A DNA stretch of 64,000 nucleotides from the NCBI RefSeq assembly GCF_002105155.1, contig NW_019028998.1, forward strand, positions 186,001-250,000, read 5' to 3'. Source of the DNA: Lobosporangium transversale (lineage: Eukaryota). The translations under genes were made by a program, and so were the position numbers. This document shows positions 25,163 to 41,258 of this stretch, piece after piece. Numbering within the stretch: position 1 is the first letter of the stretch; each line of letters starts with the position of its first letter. The notes under the pieces were generated by a model. That model saw nothing but the letters and a program-made list of their open reading frames with translations. It searched no databases and was not told the DNA's origin.

Positions 25163-26536
25163 ATGGAGTCCTATCATACCTATGATTCTATTGTCCTATC
25201 ATTCTGCATTTCCTTAAACTGGTTTCGAGACCATTCTATCCATGATGAGGCCACGATAGAGCTACCTCTGGGGTTTCAAATATTCTTTGCACCGGGAGGC
25301 CCTACTCGGTTGCCTACAGGCTGTATAATGCAACAGCAAGGAGACCTCGGAACGCCGGCACCGAGCAGACTTTCTTTCGAAAATCACAGCATCACCGGTA
25401 CCGCTGTTCAGAGATCTAGCATCTGTACAGCCGCAGACTCAAGCAGCTGTTTCTATCAAAGTAAACCCGAATCTGAGGCCATAGGACTCATACCATCTGT
25501 TCTAGAACTTACGCTAAGATTATCCACCATCAACAATTGGCTTGACCAGAGCTTGAGGGATCGGCTTAACAACTTCAAAGCTTTACATTTTGTGGAGGTT
25601 CATGATGGCAAGAAGGAAATCCAGGCCAGTATCACAATCAGCAGTGAATACGCATTGAAGCGTGGCATCTCCAGTGCGTTGAAGAGGATAAAGAAGCGAA
25701 TCACACTTAATACTTGAACATATTAGATAAGAGATTAATAGCTTTTCAACTGTCCATTTACAGTACTATTAGATGCGGAGAACCTCCTCTCACCACGGTC
25801 TCGCACTTTCGAGATAACGTTGACATCAGAACCTCAAAGACTTTTGGTATCACCAAACACTCTTGATTTGGATAGAGCCAAACCAGGAAAGCAGCCTTTT
25901 GGCCGCGCATTGCTAATCAAGTTTCTCCGAAATGTTAACATGTCTGCGGATATGTGTTATACATCTGTTTCCAAGATTGACGAAACAGCTTCTACTTCTT
26001 CGTCGAGAGGAAATCATTCGCCTATCCAGTCTGCGTTACGCTATACTAGCTCTACTTCACATGTCTCTGCGCATCAATCAATAATGAAGCACTGGCCGGA
26101 ATTCTATAAACTCATACTAAGAACTCCTTCCTTCCAAGCCTATCCAATCGTACATAAACTTGCTGGAATTGATTTGGATGCAATGCAACTTGTGGTCAAT
26201 TTTGTGTACCAAAGACACATAGAGGGACCTGGATTTACAGGAATTGTGGATTGGCGTCGAGTGTTTCAACTTGCTTATCGCTTTAAAATAGATCAGCTTG
26301 TTGGGATTGCATCCACAAAGATATGTGAAGAGGTACAAGCGCAGCATATAGTGCCAATGCTATTCACATGGGTATATCAATACCCGGAACTGGAAGGCAG
26401 GCTTCTGACCCATGTTATGAAGCAGTGGGAGCGCATCTTCAAACCAAGTCTTGATGCAATTTTACGACCATATAGGGCGCATCCAGAGTACTACAGGATC
26501 TTAAAGAGACTTGTAATATTAGAGAACACAAGATAA
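25163..26536 (+). CDS. BTB/POZ domain protein (5' structure uncertain, possibly degenerate)
   Basis: SAHQSIMKHWPEFYKLI...IDLDAMQLVVNFVYQRHI...WRRVFQLAYRFKIDQLVGIASTKI...IVPMLF: BTB fold pattern followed by BACK-like helices. Confidence 0.6.
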
Positions 26537-26663
26537 TATTATTATATAAAACAAGTAACGCCACCAACATTTAGATGCTGTTTACAACAAACGTGTACTG
26601 CACTTAGGGCATTTGAAGTCTCTTACAACTAAACTTGTTGACAAACAGAGACCATCAAAACAT

Positions 26664-29600
26664 ATGGATGAATTCGATTCACTTACTGAGGTGCGGGAAT
26701 CATTACAGCTGCCATTGTATAATATTGATGGACAACCTGCATAATGGGTCTCATTAATCGAATATACTGACTAAATTCATTCTTGGGGGTTGTCATGTAT
26801 AGGCTGTATTCTTGGTCATGCCCAGGGCTGAAGCTGTAGTAAACAGAATCAAAAGAAAAGGCAAAAGAGGTAAGTCTTTCCCTTCATTTCTCTATCTCTC
26901 CTCCTCTTTCTTCCTCATGGAGGCACATTTCAGTTTCTTGGATTTCCTTTTATTGTGGGGCTGACCTGAATGGATGATTCTCGTTTAATGCTAGGCAGTT
27001 TGTTAACCGGAGGAGATCACTTCAAGTTCGATGGATTCCAGCAACTTACAGATGTCAATGAGCCTTGGGAAGCAACTGAAATCCGCCATGCACTGTTCAA
27101 TAAGGAATGGAGTCTGATCTCTTCACGCATTGAGGTATGACTGGCAAGACGTTCATGTAATATTATCCAGTGTTTTTTTTTTTTTTTTTTTTAGCAGGGA
27201 TTCTGATTTCTCATAAAATATTACGATGTGCTAGAATGTCATGCTGAGCATGAATACCATGGTGCTGTCCGCCATCTATGACTTTGTTGAGAAGGCTTAC
27301 ACTCAGAAAATGACAAGGTATTAGCGACTTATAGATTGATAGTATTGCAACAACTCTGCAATTCGAAAATAAACACATGCATTGTTAACATGACTCTGTA
27401 CTTTGCTGTTTCTAGAACTGTCATGCCAATCCAGGAACTTCCGACAGGACTAATATTTGCAGGAATCAATATTCCGGACCACGACTTGTTATTTCAACAG
27501 CTTGCACAGATATTAGCCGCACCAACCTCTCCAATGATTGACACAGAATTGTCCTTGGATATACCAATGGAGACAACTCAGAAAAACGTTAACAACAAAG
27601 TCGTTATCCTACAATCTAAAGACTGCATAAATCTGAAAGCAGCATTGAAGTCAATGATTCAACAGTTTTTAGGATTAAACATGGATGGAGCCATCAACTC
27701 ACTTGAGGTAGGAAAATAGAATAAATACAAAGGCTGTAATAGAACCAACTCGATATTTACTGATTTCGACTTCTCAATTCTACTTTTAAAATGGCTATAT
27801 TTAATGGACATGTTGTCACAGAGTGGGTTAAAACTACAAAATCACGATATGTTTGTTTTGGAGCAATGGTACCGGTCTCTTTGTACCCCCCAAGAGGAGA
27901 AAGTTGCAAATCAGCAGAGGCAGCCGACTCTTGTGGTCATTATTCAAGACTTTGAGAGCTTTGATCAAGATACGCTACAGGATCTGGTTACAATATGTAG
28001 CAATTATCAGGATCGAATCCCGTTTGTCTTTTTAATGGGGTTAGCTACTTCGATAGATGCATTACATCAAGGTCTCCCGAAATCTGTCCTGAGCTTAATG
28101 CAGACAAGAAAGTTTCAGATGCAGCAGTCATCAGAGTGTCTTACAGCCATCATCGAAGATCTCTTCATGCATGGAAATGTGAGTGTTATGATCGGACCTT
28201 TGCCAATGAAACAGCTTATTGACCAATTCATGCATTACAATTTCTCAGTGAGCGGATTCGTTGCCAATTTAAAGGTGAGAGAGAAACACAAAAGCTGAAA
28301 CTCGTTGTTTTAAAGGACAGTATTTGTTCAACAGATCAATAAAAGTAATTGACGCTCATCATATCTCTTCGGGTATAGTACATTGTCATGCATCATTTCT
28401 ATGCCAATCCATTAAGTATACTTTGCGATCGTGCGCTTTCGTCTCAGAGTAGGGCACTGGAACTGCTGGAAGTAGGGCATTATGACCATATTCGGATGCT
28501 TCCTTCGTTTCAACGGTACATATGGCTCTCGTTATGGATGGCTATGTTATTCTTGCCACTCAGAGATGCCTCAGTATTCATTTCATTACTGATATCCTGT
28601 TGTGATATATTGATAGCTATGTCGAATCAAAAGTAGAAGTGGATCCTCAAGAGGGAGAAATGCTATTGCTAGATAATGAGTTTTTGAAGCTTCAGATCCC
28701 TGATATGGTTAGAGATCTCCAGGAGTATCATAGGAACTTTGCGTTAGTATTTGAATTCCTATGGTTTCTTCAGGCACGATTCACGATTGCTATTCTCAAA
28801 AAATCGAAGCGTGCGCTCTATTTCATGGCGCTTGAGGGCACTCTGACAGACTCTACTAGTATTTCTTTCCTTCTGAACCTTGTTAGGTACATTTATGGAC
28901 TCAAGTGAACTCAGTGCTGTTTTGAAAGCACCGAGTTTCGAGCTTGAAAGTTAATGTTCAATTTTTTTTTTTTTTTTTTTTTTTTTGAGAAAACTAATAG
29001 GAAAATGAACTCCAATGAGATGATGATTTTTATCGAGGATTGTTTACAGTTCTTTAAAAAGTCGTCTCGCTGTCGCCCCAAGGCATCGGTAGAGGAGGGA
29101 AATATCATGGATAAGGAATTATTGATTCTTCAGAACATAAGGGATCGTATGGTGGAGCTTCTGGGTGATATCAGCGATGATTCTGTGACCAGTAGCAGCG
29201 ACGTCGAGGATGGTGACCAAGAGATGAAGGAGGGGGACGATACCGAACAAAATGAGGAAGCAACCCAAATGAAAGATTCAGATCGATGGGCGTTAGCTAA
29301 CGGAGGGACCAGTAAAAGGGTACTCAATAGACAAGAAACCGCAGGCGCACCAATATTTATCAAGAAACGAAAATTGGTCAGCGTAAAGGCAAACGTAGCA
29401 GAAGGCCGACAGACGCGAATCGCCAAAAAGACAAGAGAAACAGTTAGAATCCCTAAAGGTGCCTTAGGCACGTACACAGTGCTTGTCACTGAAGTCGTTG
29501 ATCTATTTGAAAGGCTTTTCAAGTAAGGGTGATAGGAGGAAGTAGTATTATGGAGTCATTAGACGGCTGTAATGAGACACTAATTGTTCCAATCTGTTGC

Positions 29601-30261
29601 TACACTCAAGAACATATTTAAGCCATCATAGCATCATGCCTCTTCATGAAGTTTTTTATTATTCGCAAATCAAGATCCAGCAAAAGGCATGTCTTATCCA
29701 ACATTCCTTATTACTAAATCATTCAAGAGTCGAAATACTTACCAATATTGCCTCTGATTTCTGTAGGCATTTTTGCCACAACCACGAGTTTCGATCCAGA
29801 CAGCGCTTGGGCAACCCGAGTTGTACCTTAACTGCAAGTGCTGCCAAGTACCTTCGAACACTGCTGCATTCATTTCACCGGCAGAAATGGTTTTATCTAC
29901 ACAGCATGACACTTGCATCCTTTACAAGTTGTATGTCGAGTGTGGGCGTATGATCAACATGTATGATTGGTTTACGGCCTTTGGCATGATTCTTGAACGG
30001 GGTACTCAATCTGACAACCAACAGGATAGGTCAATGAGTAATGGGGATGAAAGTAATACATTGGCTCATAAACGATCCAAGAAGCGAGGGAAGGTGTCTA
30101 TGGCTGCCAAGAGCAAATCTTTAAAGGAGCAAAACCTGGACCAGAAGGAGGTTCAAGCACGGTTTATTAGTGGGGTGGCCGAACTGCAGTTTATGGGTTT
30201 TATCAAGCCAACGAATCGCAAGACAGATCACGTTCAAAGGTTGACTTGGGGTAATATTTAG
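26664..30261 (+). CDS. ORC3: Origin recognition complex subunit 3, multi-exon
   Basis: ELPTGLIFAGINIPDH, VVIIQDFESFD, IPFVFLMGLATS, MHHFYANPLS, LYVECGRMINMYDWFTAF, ARF...AELQFMGFIKPTNRKTDHVQRLTW. Start MDEFDSLTE at 26664. Confidence 0.92.
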
Positions 30262-30467
30262 TCTATCAAAATCTAATCCTGTGAATTATGTTATAGAGGG
30301 CTCCGCAAAAAAAAAAAAAAAAAAAAAACCAAATCAAATATGCTGTTCTTAATATTTATTTTAACTTCTTGTCGACATTAATGTTGTGAATGAGCTAAAG
30401 CGAATCTGCATGTGAAAATATTTTATGAAAATTACAATTCAGACCCGAGGAGTCTTTAGTCCTGTCT

Positions 30468-33169
30468 TTACATAGCAAGTGTGCCGTGAGTACGGCGCAT
30501 GCCAGGGAGTCTGTCCTGCTCTTTTAATCTCACATCGTTCAGATCGAAAGCAGTGCTGGCCCAAGGTGCGTTGACGTTCATGGCAGCCATAGCATTAGGA
30601 TCCTCCCTAAGTGGCTGACCAACCTTGAGCTCCATGTGCTTAACAGGATCCAAGACACAGAGACCGTTCTGGTCAAAGATTACACGTGATGTACGGTTAT
30701 AGTGTCCACGGTTCCTCTTGCGCTCATTCATGGCCTTGGTCTTCTCATCTGGACTGACTTTGTTGGAGACGAAGGACGTAGCGGAGTCAATTAAAGCACT
30801 AAATGTGTTTTTGCCAGTTCTGATACGAGTGTCACGGATGGTGGTCGCCAGAGCCTTATCACCAGATGATAAAGTCTCTTTGATTTGCGTCTCGAGAGCA
30901 TGGGCAATAGCGTTCTTGACAACGGTTTTGATAAAGGGTTGAGCTAGTGCATACATGAATGAATGCTCCGATCTGCGCATCTTGATCGACAGTGCATGAA
31001 TTTTGACTTTGACGTCTTCAATCGTGAAAAGTGAAGGGGTCTCTTGATCCTCTGGCGTTTTATGGCCCATGATCTTGATGTCCAAGCCTTTTTTGTTGAT
31101 CAAGACATCAGCGATACCTCGGTCTTGGAAGCGGAATCCCTCCTTGGTTTTGACATAGTAATCAACATCACGGATATTGGCCTCAAGACCCTGGATCGTC
31201 ACGCTAAAGTCATGCTTATTAGTGTCAAGCGAGCGATTAGCGTTGCCACGTGGAACCATACGGATTGTATTATTCATGTTCATCTCAAACAGACGAGGAA
31301 GCAAATCGGTACTCGTCAAGATCATATTGTCGAATACAAGATCCACCTTCAAATCTGAGTATTCAATACGAGGGACAGGGATGAACTGGAAGGACTCCAT
31401 CATGGAAGGTAGGAGAACATAGCGGAAGTCATCAAACAAGTGAGGCTTGAATGCTAATTTTCCGTTTCTAAGAGATAAAAAATTAAAAATAAAAAAATCA
31501 GATGTTACCACTCTATACCATTTTAGGAGCCAACCATAGCCCAAAACGCGTGCTATAAGCACGATAAAAAGCCTTACTTATCATAAAAGAGATCATGAGC
31601 GAATTTTTGGAAGTTGGCAGAGACCTCTTGGGAGCGAGGATCCGTATTAAGCTTCTCAATAAAAATCTGTCCTTCCCGCATGATAACATCTGTGTCAGAC
31701 TTGTACTTGACGTTTAAGAGTTGTCGGCCTTCATCGATCAAAATAGACCCATCATTATTGATCGTCTGAGAGGTTACATAGTTCGGCTCACGGAGTGCTC
31801 TGGTCAGGAAATTTGAGACATTGTTGACATATTGGTTCAGTTCTGGATCTACTAGTGTCTTATTCCACATGTTCTGGATGTGGGCAATAATCGGATCCAA
31901 AGCATAACCTTGTGCCCAACGTTGGAGTATTACTTTAAACTCAACAATAGCTGCCTCAACATTAGGATCTAGATTGTTGGATACGAGGTGTTAGAGGATC
32001 AACAGCGTCCAAGTGATTTAAGGGTAAAAAAATCTTTGAGCAACAAAAAATTCAACTAGGGCAACCATAAACTTACCGTGAACGACCTTGTTGGCTTCAG
32101 TGCTGATGTTTCCAGTAGGCTGCTTGGCACGATGGCGCCAAATGCCGACCAAATTCATGATAGAGTCAATTGCAGTTTGGTACTGAGGCTCAGATTGAAT
32201 CTGACTGATGACTAGTTTTAGTCGTTCGATCAAAGCAGATCGTTGCTCTGGAGGCAGCTTGGTGTTGGCATAGTTAATGGCGTCCTGCTGGGTTTGAGAA
32301 GCCCGGGTTTGAGCTTGGGCCTTGAAATCCTGGGCCTGTCTAGCCAATTGCTGTTTCATGTCTTGGGTTTGCTGCCTAGCTGAATCCATTGTGGCATTGG
32401 AATGGTCCATGAATTCTTGGCGTGTATCTTGAGCGACGGCTGTAGGATCCTGTTTTGCACCAAGGGCCACGCTCTGGATCTTATCCGTGACACGGTTAAT
32501 GTTATCTTGAAGCCGAGAACCGCCCGATGCACTTGTGGAGGTCGCGCTCTGTGTAAGGTCGTTGGTTTTGTTGGAGACCCTCTCGCCTACCCCTTGAGCT
32601 GTAGAAGCAACCTTATCGGCACCTTCATTAAAAACCTCCCTGAGTAACTGGAACAGCTCGTTCAAAATGGATCTAAATTCAGCGTTTGTAGTTAGAAGTT
32701 TGGCAACAGCAACCAAATTATCCAAGGTCTCTTGGCCTTCTTGTTTAGCCTTCTTTTGGGAAACACCAACGTCGAGAGAAGGGGCCTGAACATTTTGGGA
32801 AGCCGAAGTTGAAGCCTGGGTACAATGGTAGATAAAGTTCTGGAAAAGCTCTTGCTCGTTCTTCTCATAAATGATGCCACGAGTGGTGCGCATGAGCTCC
32901 TGGAAGTCCTTGTAGAGTGCACGGCCATCTGCTGAGAGCATATGGGCGCGAGCCTCAAGTGAAGGCGAGTTCTGAGCCATAGCCAAGAAATGATCGAGCT
33001 GCTCGTTAGTAGGGAGACGGCCCTTTACGAGTGCTTGGAGGCATTCAAAGAATTTTGTCTTTTGGTTGCGATCGACTTCCTTAATATGTTGAGGGATTTT
33101 GGCACCGCTATCCGCGATAGGGACATTGCGGTATGAGGATTGTCCTTCAGCGGGTCTGTTGTTGGACAT
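30468..33169 (-). CDS. Conserved fungal protein, DUF4449/DUF5923-like, multi-exon
   Basis: GRLPTNEQL, KNEQELFQNFI, GKLAFKPHLFDDFRYVLLP, FIPVPRIEYSD..VDLVFDN motifs as recalled for this family; three large ORFs joined by GT-AG introns. Confidence 0.6.
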
Positions 33170-33941
33170 GGCTGATTAAATTAGGTGGTTAGGGATAGAC
33201 TATAAGTTTATAAACGATAATTATAGCAATAGTGGCAGTATAAGGAATAATCCAAAGAAAGAGGAAATAACGCAAGTAGAGCAAGTGGTAAGAAATAAAT
33301 ATGATAAATAACGTAAAGATGAGATAAGAGAAACTGTGTAGAGTGAGTGGAGGGACAATCGAATAGTAGAAGCGTTAGCTACTTGATCAGGAAAGAAGAC
33401 AAGTACAGTTGCGTGTGTATTGGTTACCTTTAAATAGGTGGATAAGAGATAAAAAAGATTATTTGATTCTAGAGAGAAAGAAAAAGAAGCATAAGACAAT
33501 GAAATTCGCATCAGTCTTTTATATCTAATCGCAAAAGAGTGAAAACATTGACATCACTATGGATCGTTTGTGCAGAATGCAAGATGAATATGGTGAAGGT
33601 TAAAGATAACGACGAGAGGAGGATGAGGATGAACGAGAGCCAGGATGAATATGTAATAAAGGCCAGACTAATTAGCTAGTTAGCCATACACAGATCACGT
33701 AATGATGTGTGTTGCATCCAGACGTTGTCATAGAATGGATAAAGATGTAGCATTTCAAATAAACTAGGACATATAAACTAAGCAGAGTCCAACGATTGGT
33801 CTATACACAGTAAGTAGTATTGTCGCAATGTCACGACCAAAAGGTTAAATAGCAAACAATAGGAAAAAAACAAGGTCTAGAAGATCTAGCGGCGACAAAA
33901 AAAAAAAAAATCCCCGGAGAAAATCTCGTTGGGCGGGTTTT

Positions 33942-34138
33942 TGAGTATAGCCCGTTTCATTTGGTCGCGATACCTTATATTTTTTGAATACTTTCGAGTG
34001 TATTGGCAGCCAATTAGCTCGCTTGTTACGAGTATTGTTGCAAGTCCGTCACGTAGTGAGATGCCACCAGAACAATTCAATCATCGTTTTTAGATTAAAA
34101 ATATAAGGTATCGTGACCAAATAAAATTGGCGATATCA
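33942..34138. repeat. Short imperfect inverted repeat, probable MITE relic
   Basis: ATTTGGTCGCGATACCTTATATTTTT (33959-33984) pairs with AAAAATATAAGGTATCGTGACCAAAT (34097-34122), one mismatch, with weaker extension outward. Confidence 0.6.
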
Positions 34139-34762
34139 TAGATGCCAAATGGCGCCCGTTCGCAAAATAACACAAAGTGATGACGCTACACCGTTTGTCA
34201 TCGTTAAAATAAAGTAAAAATTTATAGTATCTTATCATCATTATTTGCACACACGAAAACACGGTCTATTTGACTTATTCGTTTGATTCATTGGTCCATA
34301 CATCGATCCACCAAAAAGCAATTTTACTGATGAAGGATGGGGGACACAGCAGATGTAGTGACAAAAGGGTTGAAGATATTTGGCAAACGAAGAAAGAATT
34401 AAGGAAAGCATTGACTATGTTTAAATGCATGCCTTTTTGTCTTTCAAGAGTGAACCCATCAAGTTCTAGAAAATATTTGGTTGTTTCTTGTTTTGCTTAT
34501 ACCAGAGGGTGAAATCAAATATCATGTCGATGTCATTATTTAGTGGCTATGGCGTATTTGTTTCGCATTCCTCTTGCTACTAATTATTCTGTGACAACAA
34601 ACTTTCGACTAAAATTAAAGCATACAAAACACAGACCCTGCATTTTAAAGACCATTTGCTTGACACATGATAAATTTGGATACAAAGTGGTCCATGCGGT
34701 TATTGAGAGGTTGCACCAACTATTTCATGAGATGATGGCAGCATCACAAAGAGCCAGAAACA

Positions 34763-34801
<39 letters not shown>

Positions 34802-34885
34802 CAGTGACATTTATTTTCTATATTTGTGAATTTGTGCTGTAAAAGTGAGAGATCCAGCGGGGGAGCGCTAAGGAAATCAAACAAT

Positions 34886-37293
<2,408 letters not shown>

Positions 37294-37503
37294 GATGATT
37301 ATGTTGTGTGGTGTGAAGGGTGGAAAACAGGTGAGTAAAGGAAAAATAAATAAAAAAAGACTTACTTGCCATAAATGTGCTGCTGGCTTAGCAGGACTGA
37401 AGACAAATTGTTTGAGAGAAACACCATTAACAATCCCCCGCTTGCTTCCGCTTCTATTCCTCTGCACCCTTGTATTTTTGCAAAGCTGATGCCCGTTACC
37501 GGA

Positions 37504-37534
<31 letters not shown>

Positions 37535-38402
37535 CTTTTGTGCGTTTGCTTGTTGCTCCACATTTACAACAACTATGCGTCTTTGACTCTTAATCAAAAG
37601 TATCGGGCCGTTTTTATTAATGTGCTTGCCGGTATGGCCCGGTTCATCTAGTCGCGACCTCACAATTACAGACATCTTGAACAATGAACATGTTGCCCGT
37701 GTTTGCAGGCTTTCTCTCCCTTCGTTCTACCTTCTAGGAACGCACAGGGCATACACCTTGGTCGTTATGGTTCATTTCCCAGACCACACCTTTTATTTTA
37801 AAACTACTCCATATCCTGGATCCCGATATGGGAACTAAGAAAAGATCCTAATCTTTGTCCTCCTATTGTCAAAGTGGATAAACACAAAGGCCACGAGTGA
37901 CAGAAATCCTTGCATGCGACATCATGGGCGATGCAAAATCAAATATATTTAGAGCATTCTGTCCCTCTTTCCGCTATTTTATGCGAGGACAAGGTTGAGC
38001 CAAAGACTTTGGGCAAAAAAAAAAAATATTGGCGATGCAAATTCATCATGTTCAGAAAAAAAGTTGGCATGGCTTGAACATCCATTCATCTATCGCTTTT
38101 CAATCTCCCTAATCTCTGTCCTTCTCCCCTATACATACTCCACACCACGTTTCTATTGTGGTTATCAGCCCCACCGCGTGTGAATACACCAGTTAGTCCT
38201 AATATTCTCCGCGTGTTATCCTCGTTGAAAGTCTACCTGTCTATTACCTATCTATCTCATTCATATCACTAGTACAAGTTTTCATATTTACTGAACAGGC
38301 ACTTCATCCAACATCCATCGTTATAATTAATTCCACTCTACCGAAACATCGCCCCAGTCAGCAACGACCTCCTCTTTACTGTCCGCATTTCTTTCTTCAG
38401 GC

Positions 38403-40503
38403 ATGTCTTCAACACTTCCGCAACACCCGACAGTCCCAAAGGGCACAGATATACCCGAACCAGTGGGAAAAATGGCCTATGCCAGTGACGACAGTCAACT
38501 GTTTATCCAGGGTGGCTCTTATGGTTCTGAAAACAAAATATCCAGCGCCTTTAGTCTTAATCTCACTTCCGACTGGTCAGTCGAGGATCCTGCTTGGAGT
38601 AGGCTTGAATTAATTGAAAACTTCTACGGCCAGTCAGGAGTAATGAATCTGGGACGCTTCATAGCCTTTGAAACCGGAAATAACCAAATTAATGTGTCTA
38701 TCTATTCCAAACACTGGGAACGACTAAATCTCTCTCCATCTTTCAACACACCCGACCCAGTGATTGTATCTCGTCAAGATGGGATGGTGTACTTTTTGGG
38801 CAAAAAGGGAGAGGCTCTCTTCATGGACACGAAAAATTGGACCTTTTCGAATTTTAAATCTCCTACATTTGATACATTTGAGCCTACAGGGCAAAGTGCT
38901 TCATGGTCAGCCTATAAAGAGAGCATTTTGATCCCCATCTTCAACGACACAGATGTTGACGTGCATATGTATAATACAAGCTCTCACATATCGCGACCAC
39001 TAAACACAGCTAAAAACCTCAAGATTACGCCTCGGACAGGCTATTGTTTTGTTCCATGTAAGGAGTTTGATATCGGCTTGAAGTTATGATGAATAGATTT
39101 GCAGGCATAATAAGCGAACCGTATTGCTTTTCATAACCCTTGGGATGTACTATAGGTAATGATGGGAAGCAATACTACCTCTTTGGAGGCAGAAACGACA
39201 CTGCAGTATTCGACGACTTGTACTTACTGGATTTGGAGGAAAATACATGGACGCAGCTCGATAACTCTCGCTCTAGTAGATCTATGATGGCATGCGCTGT
39301 CAGAGAAAAGACTTTGGTAGTTTGGGGAGGCAAGTCAACTTGATTGCAAACTACTTGGTGCACCATCGTATAAACTAGGGAAGAATCAAGTTTCTGATAA
39401 CTTTGAATCAACAATCCCTTTTTTTTCTGCGATTAATAGGTTTTTTAGACACGGATAGCACAGCTGTGTCGGATAATAAGCCATTGGTATTCAACGGTAT
39501 TGAATGGGTCACTAAGTACACTGTAACAGGATCTTCAGGAATACCCACCAGGCCCTTTCCGTCCCCCGTAATCCCGTCAACACCCTCCAGCTCCAATGGC
39601 ATAAATGTAGGCATCATTGTTGGTGGCGTCATAGGAGGGGTCGCATTGATAGCACTTGTTGCAGGGCTATTGTTCTATTTAAGAAGGCAGAGGCATCGTT
39701 CTGCAGGGGGTAGCAAAACAACCGTCAAGAAATCAACGCTGAATGACGAGAGTGGTCTCCGAACCTTAGAATTAGGTGGCTACACGACCATCCCATCGCC
39801 CTTCATCTCGGATGAGACATATAACCCACAACAGATGACGCCCTACGCTGCACCGCATGTATCTGGACCGTTGCCGATGATAGAGCATGTTGCAGCATCG
39901 CGAGCGCAGCAACAGCAAATATCACCAGTTCTCTCTCGACCCATCGACACTCTATACCAACGGGATCAGTCGCAGATGTCACAAACCTCCGGAATATCGT
40001 ATGCTTCCATTATTCAGTCGCCATTCGAGGTAGAGCCTCCGGTAGGCCCCCAGCACCCGCTGCTCCAGCAGTCCAGGCATCTTCCGTCGCATCAAAATTC
40101 GCCCACTGGATATCCTTTACAACCAATTTCACAGCTACCAGCATCATCAAATTCATATGCAGGCCCCCTTGGCTACGGTGGGCAAGATGGCAACTATGAT
40201 GAACGGGTGGCAATAATGCCCAGGTCCATGGAGCCTGCTACCGTGGATCTGATCCCTATCAGTGCCAGTGAAGCGGGTGATGATGAAGGTAGCCAGGCGT
40301 CACGATCAAATTCAATAGTGTCCAGTCGATTACCTGAATCCGCAGTGCAATCTGCACCTACACGTATAAAAAGCCATAAAGTTAATAATGTTGAGGCAGC
40401 AGGCAATAGAGGTGACGATAACTGGCCAAATAATAATTTAAGTGGACCTGAGGATAGTCGACGCGACTCAAGCGAGTCACTTACGTATCTTGATATTGAA
40501 TAA
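38403..40503 (+). CDS. Kelch/galactose-oxidase-type beta-propeller, single-pass membrane protein
   Basis: LFIQGG, YYLFGG..FDDLYLLDLEENTW, LVVWGG blades; S/P stalk; TM IIVGGVIGGVALIALVAGLLFYL-RRQR; disordered tail. Start codon uncertain. Confidence 0.8.
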
Positions 40504-40525
40504 ATATTACATACGCCTCTCTTTA

Positions 40526-40896
40526 TTTTTGATAACCAGAGCCCTAAAGGTCATGGGAATTTTTTGCTACACTCTACACTATAGATAATAAACAGCTATT
40601 AGAAGTAGACTCTATAAATGGGTTGCCCTATTACTAAGGGCGCCCAGCCGTTCCATTACTGTCAGTTCTAATTGTCGCCGATAGCTCCCTCGCTACTCTT
40701 TGGTCAGCTTCCGCCCTGATCGCTTTCACGTCAGCTGTTCGTCGTTATCTCAGGGTAGGTCCTAAGAAATCACCTCTGCTACATCTGTGCTACCCAACAC
40801 AGGTACGTCCCCTGGCGCGTTTGCTCACAGAGGTGATGCCTTTAGTTCTTTCCCAGTCGACAGTGACTTTACAGCGTCTGTTCCAGATCTCAGTCC
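40526..40896 (-). mobile_element. Decayed 3' end of a diverged non-LTR subfamily (distal copy A, tRNA-Ala stack)
   Basis: T5 tail then GATAACCAGAGCCCTAAAGGTCATGGGA. Minus strand translates TEIWNRRCKVTVDWERTKGITSVSKRARGRTCVG*HR...DFLGPTLR*...ADQRV / LTVMERLG, homologous to the ORF2 C-terminus at 41470-41760, with stops and a frameshift. Confidence 0.88.
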
Positions 40897-40927
40897 TTTG
40901 CACCTCCAGAGTTCCCCAAGGGTTTGC

Positions 40928-41258
40928 TTTTTTTTTTTTTTTTTTTTTTTTTTTTTCGTGTTAACAAGAACCCACGGAAGCGAGGAATTTATTTCATAAT
41001 CTCGCTCTAAATCAATTATATCGCCCTCAAATCCACTGGCATGTGGATCCAAATCTTGCGGGGTTGGTCTGAAACTTCTACTTGGATTCCGTCAAACTTT
41101 GTGATCATCGCTGTCTTAGTCGAGTCGGTGGATGGGGAGATGTACCGCTGGTTCGGCCGGGGGGTGGAATATATACCTAAGACGTGTGGCCAGCCAGGCG
41201 ACTTAGGGTAGTGTACCCACGATCTTAGCCTTAACGGAAAACACTAGGCTGCCTCGAA
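40928..41258 (-). mobile_element. Short poly(A)-tailed retroelement (middle copy B, tRNA-Ala stack)
   Basis: T29 tail 40928-40956 then TAACAAGAACCCACGGAAGCGAGGAATTTATTTC, related to the family 3' end and carrying AATAAA on the minus strand. The rest shows no visible homology to ORF2. Confidence 0.65.

Noticed and set aside
37927..38045. GGCGATGCAAA(A/T)TCA occurring twice about 100 bp apart
   Set aside because: Too short to distinguish from chance or an ordinary promoter site.
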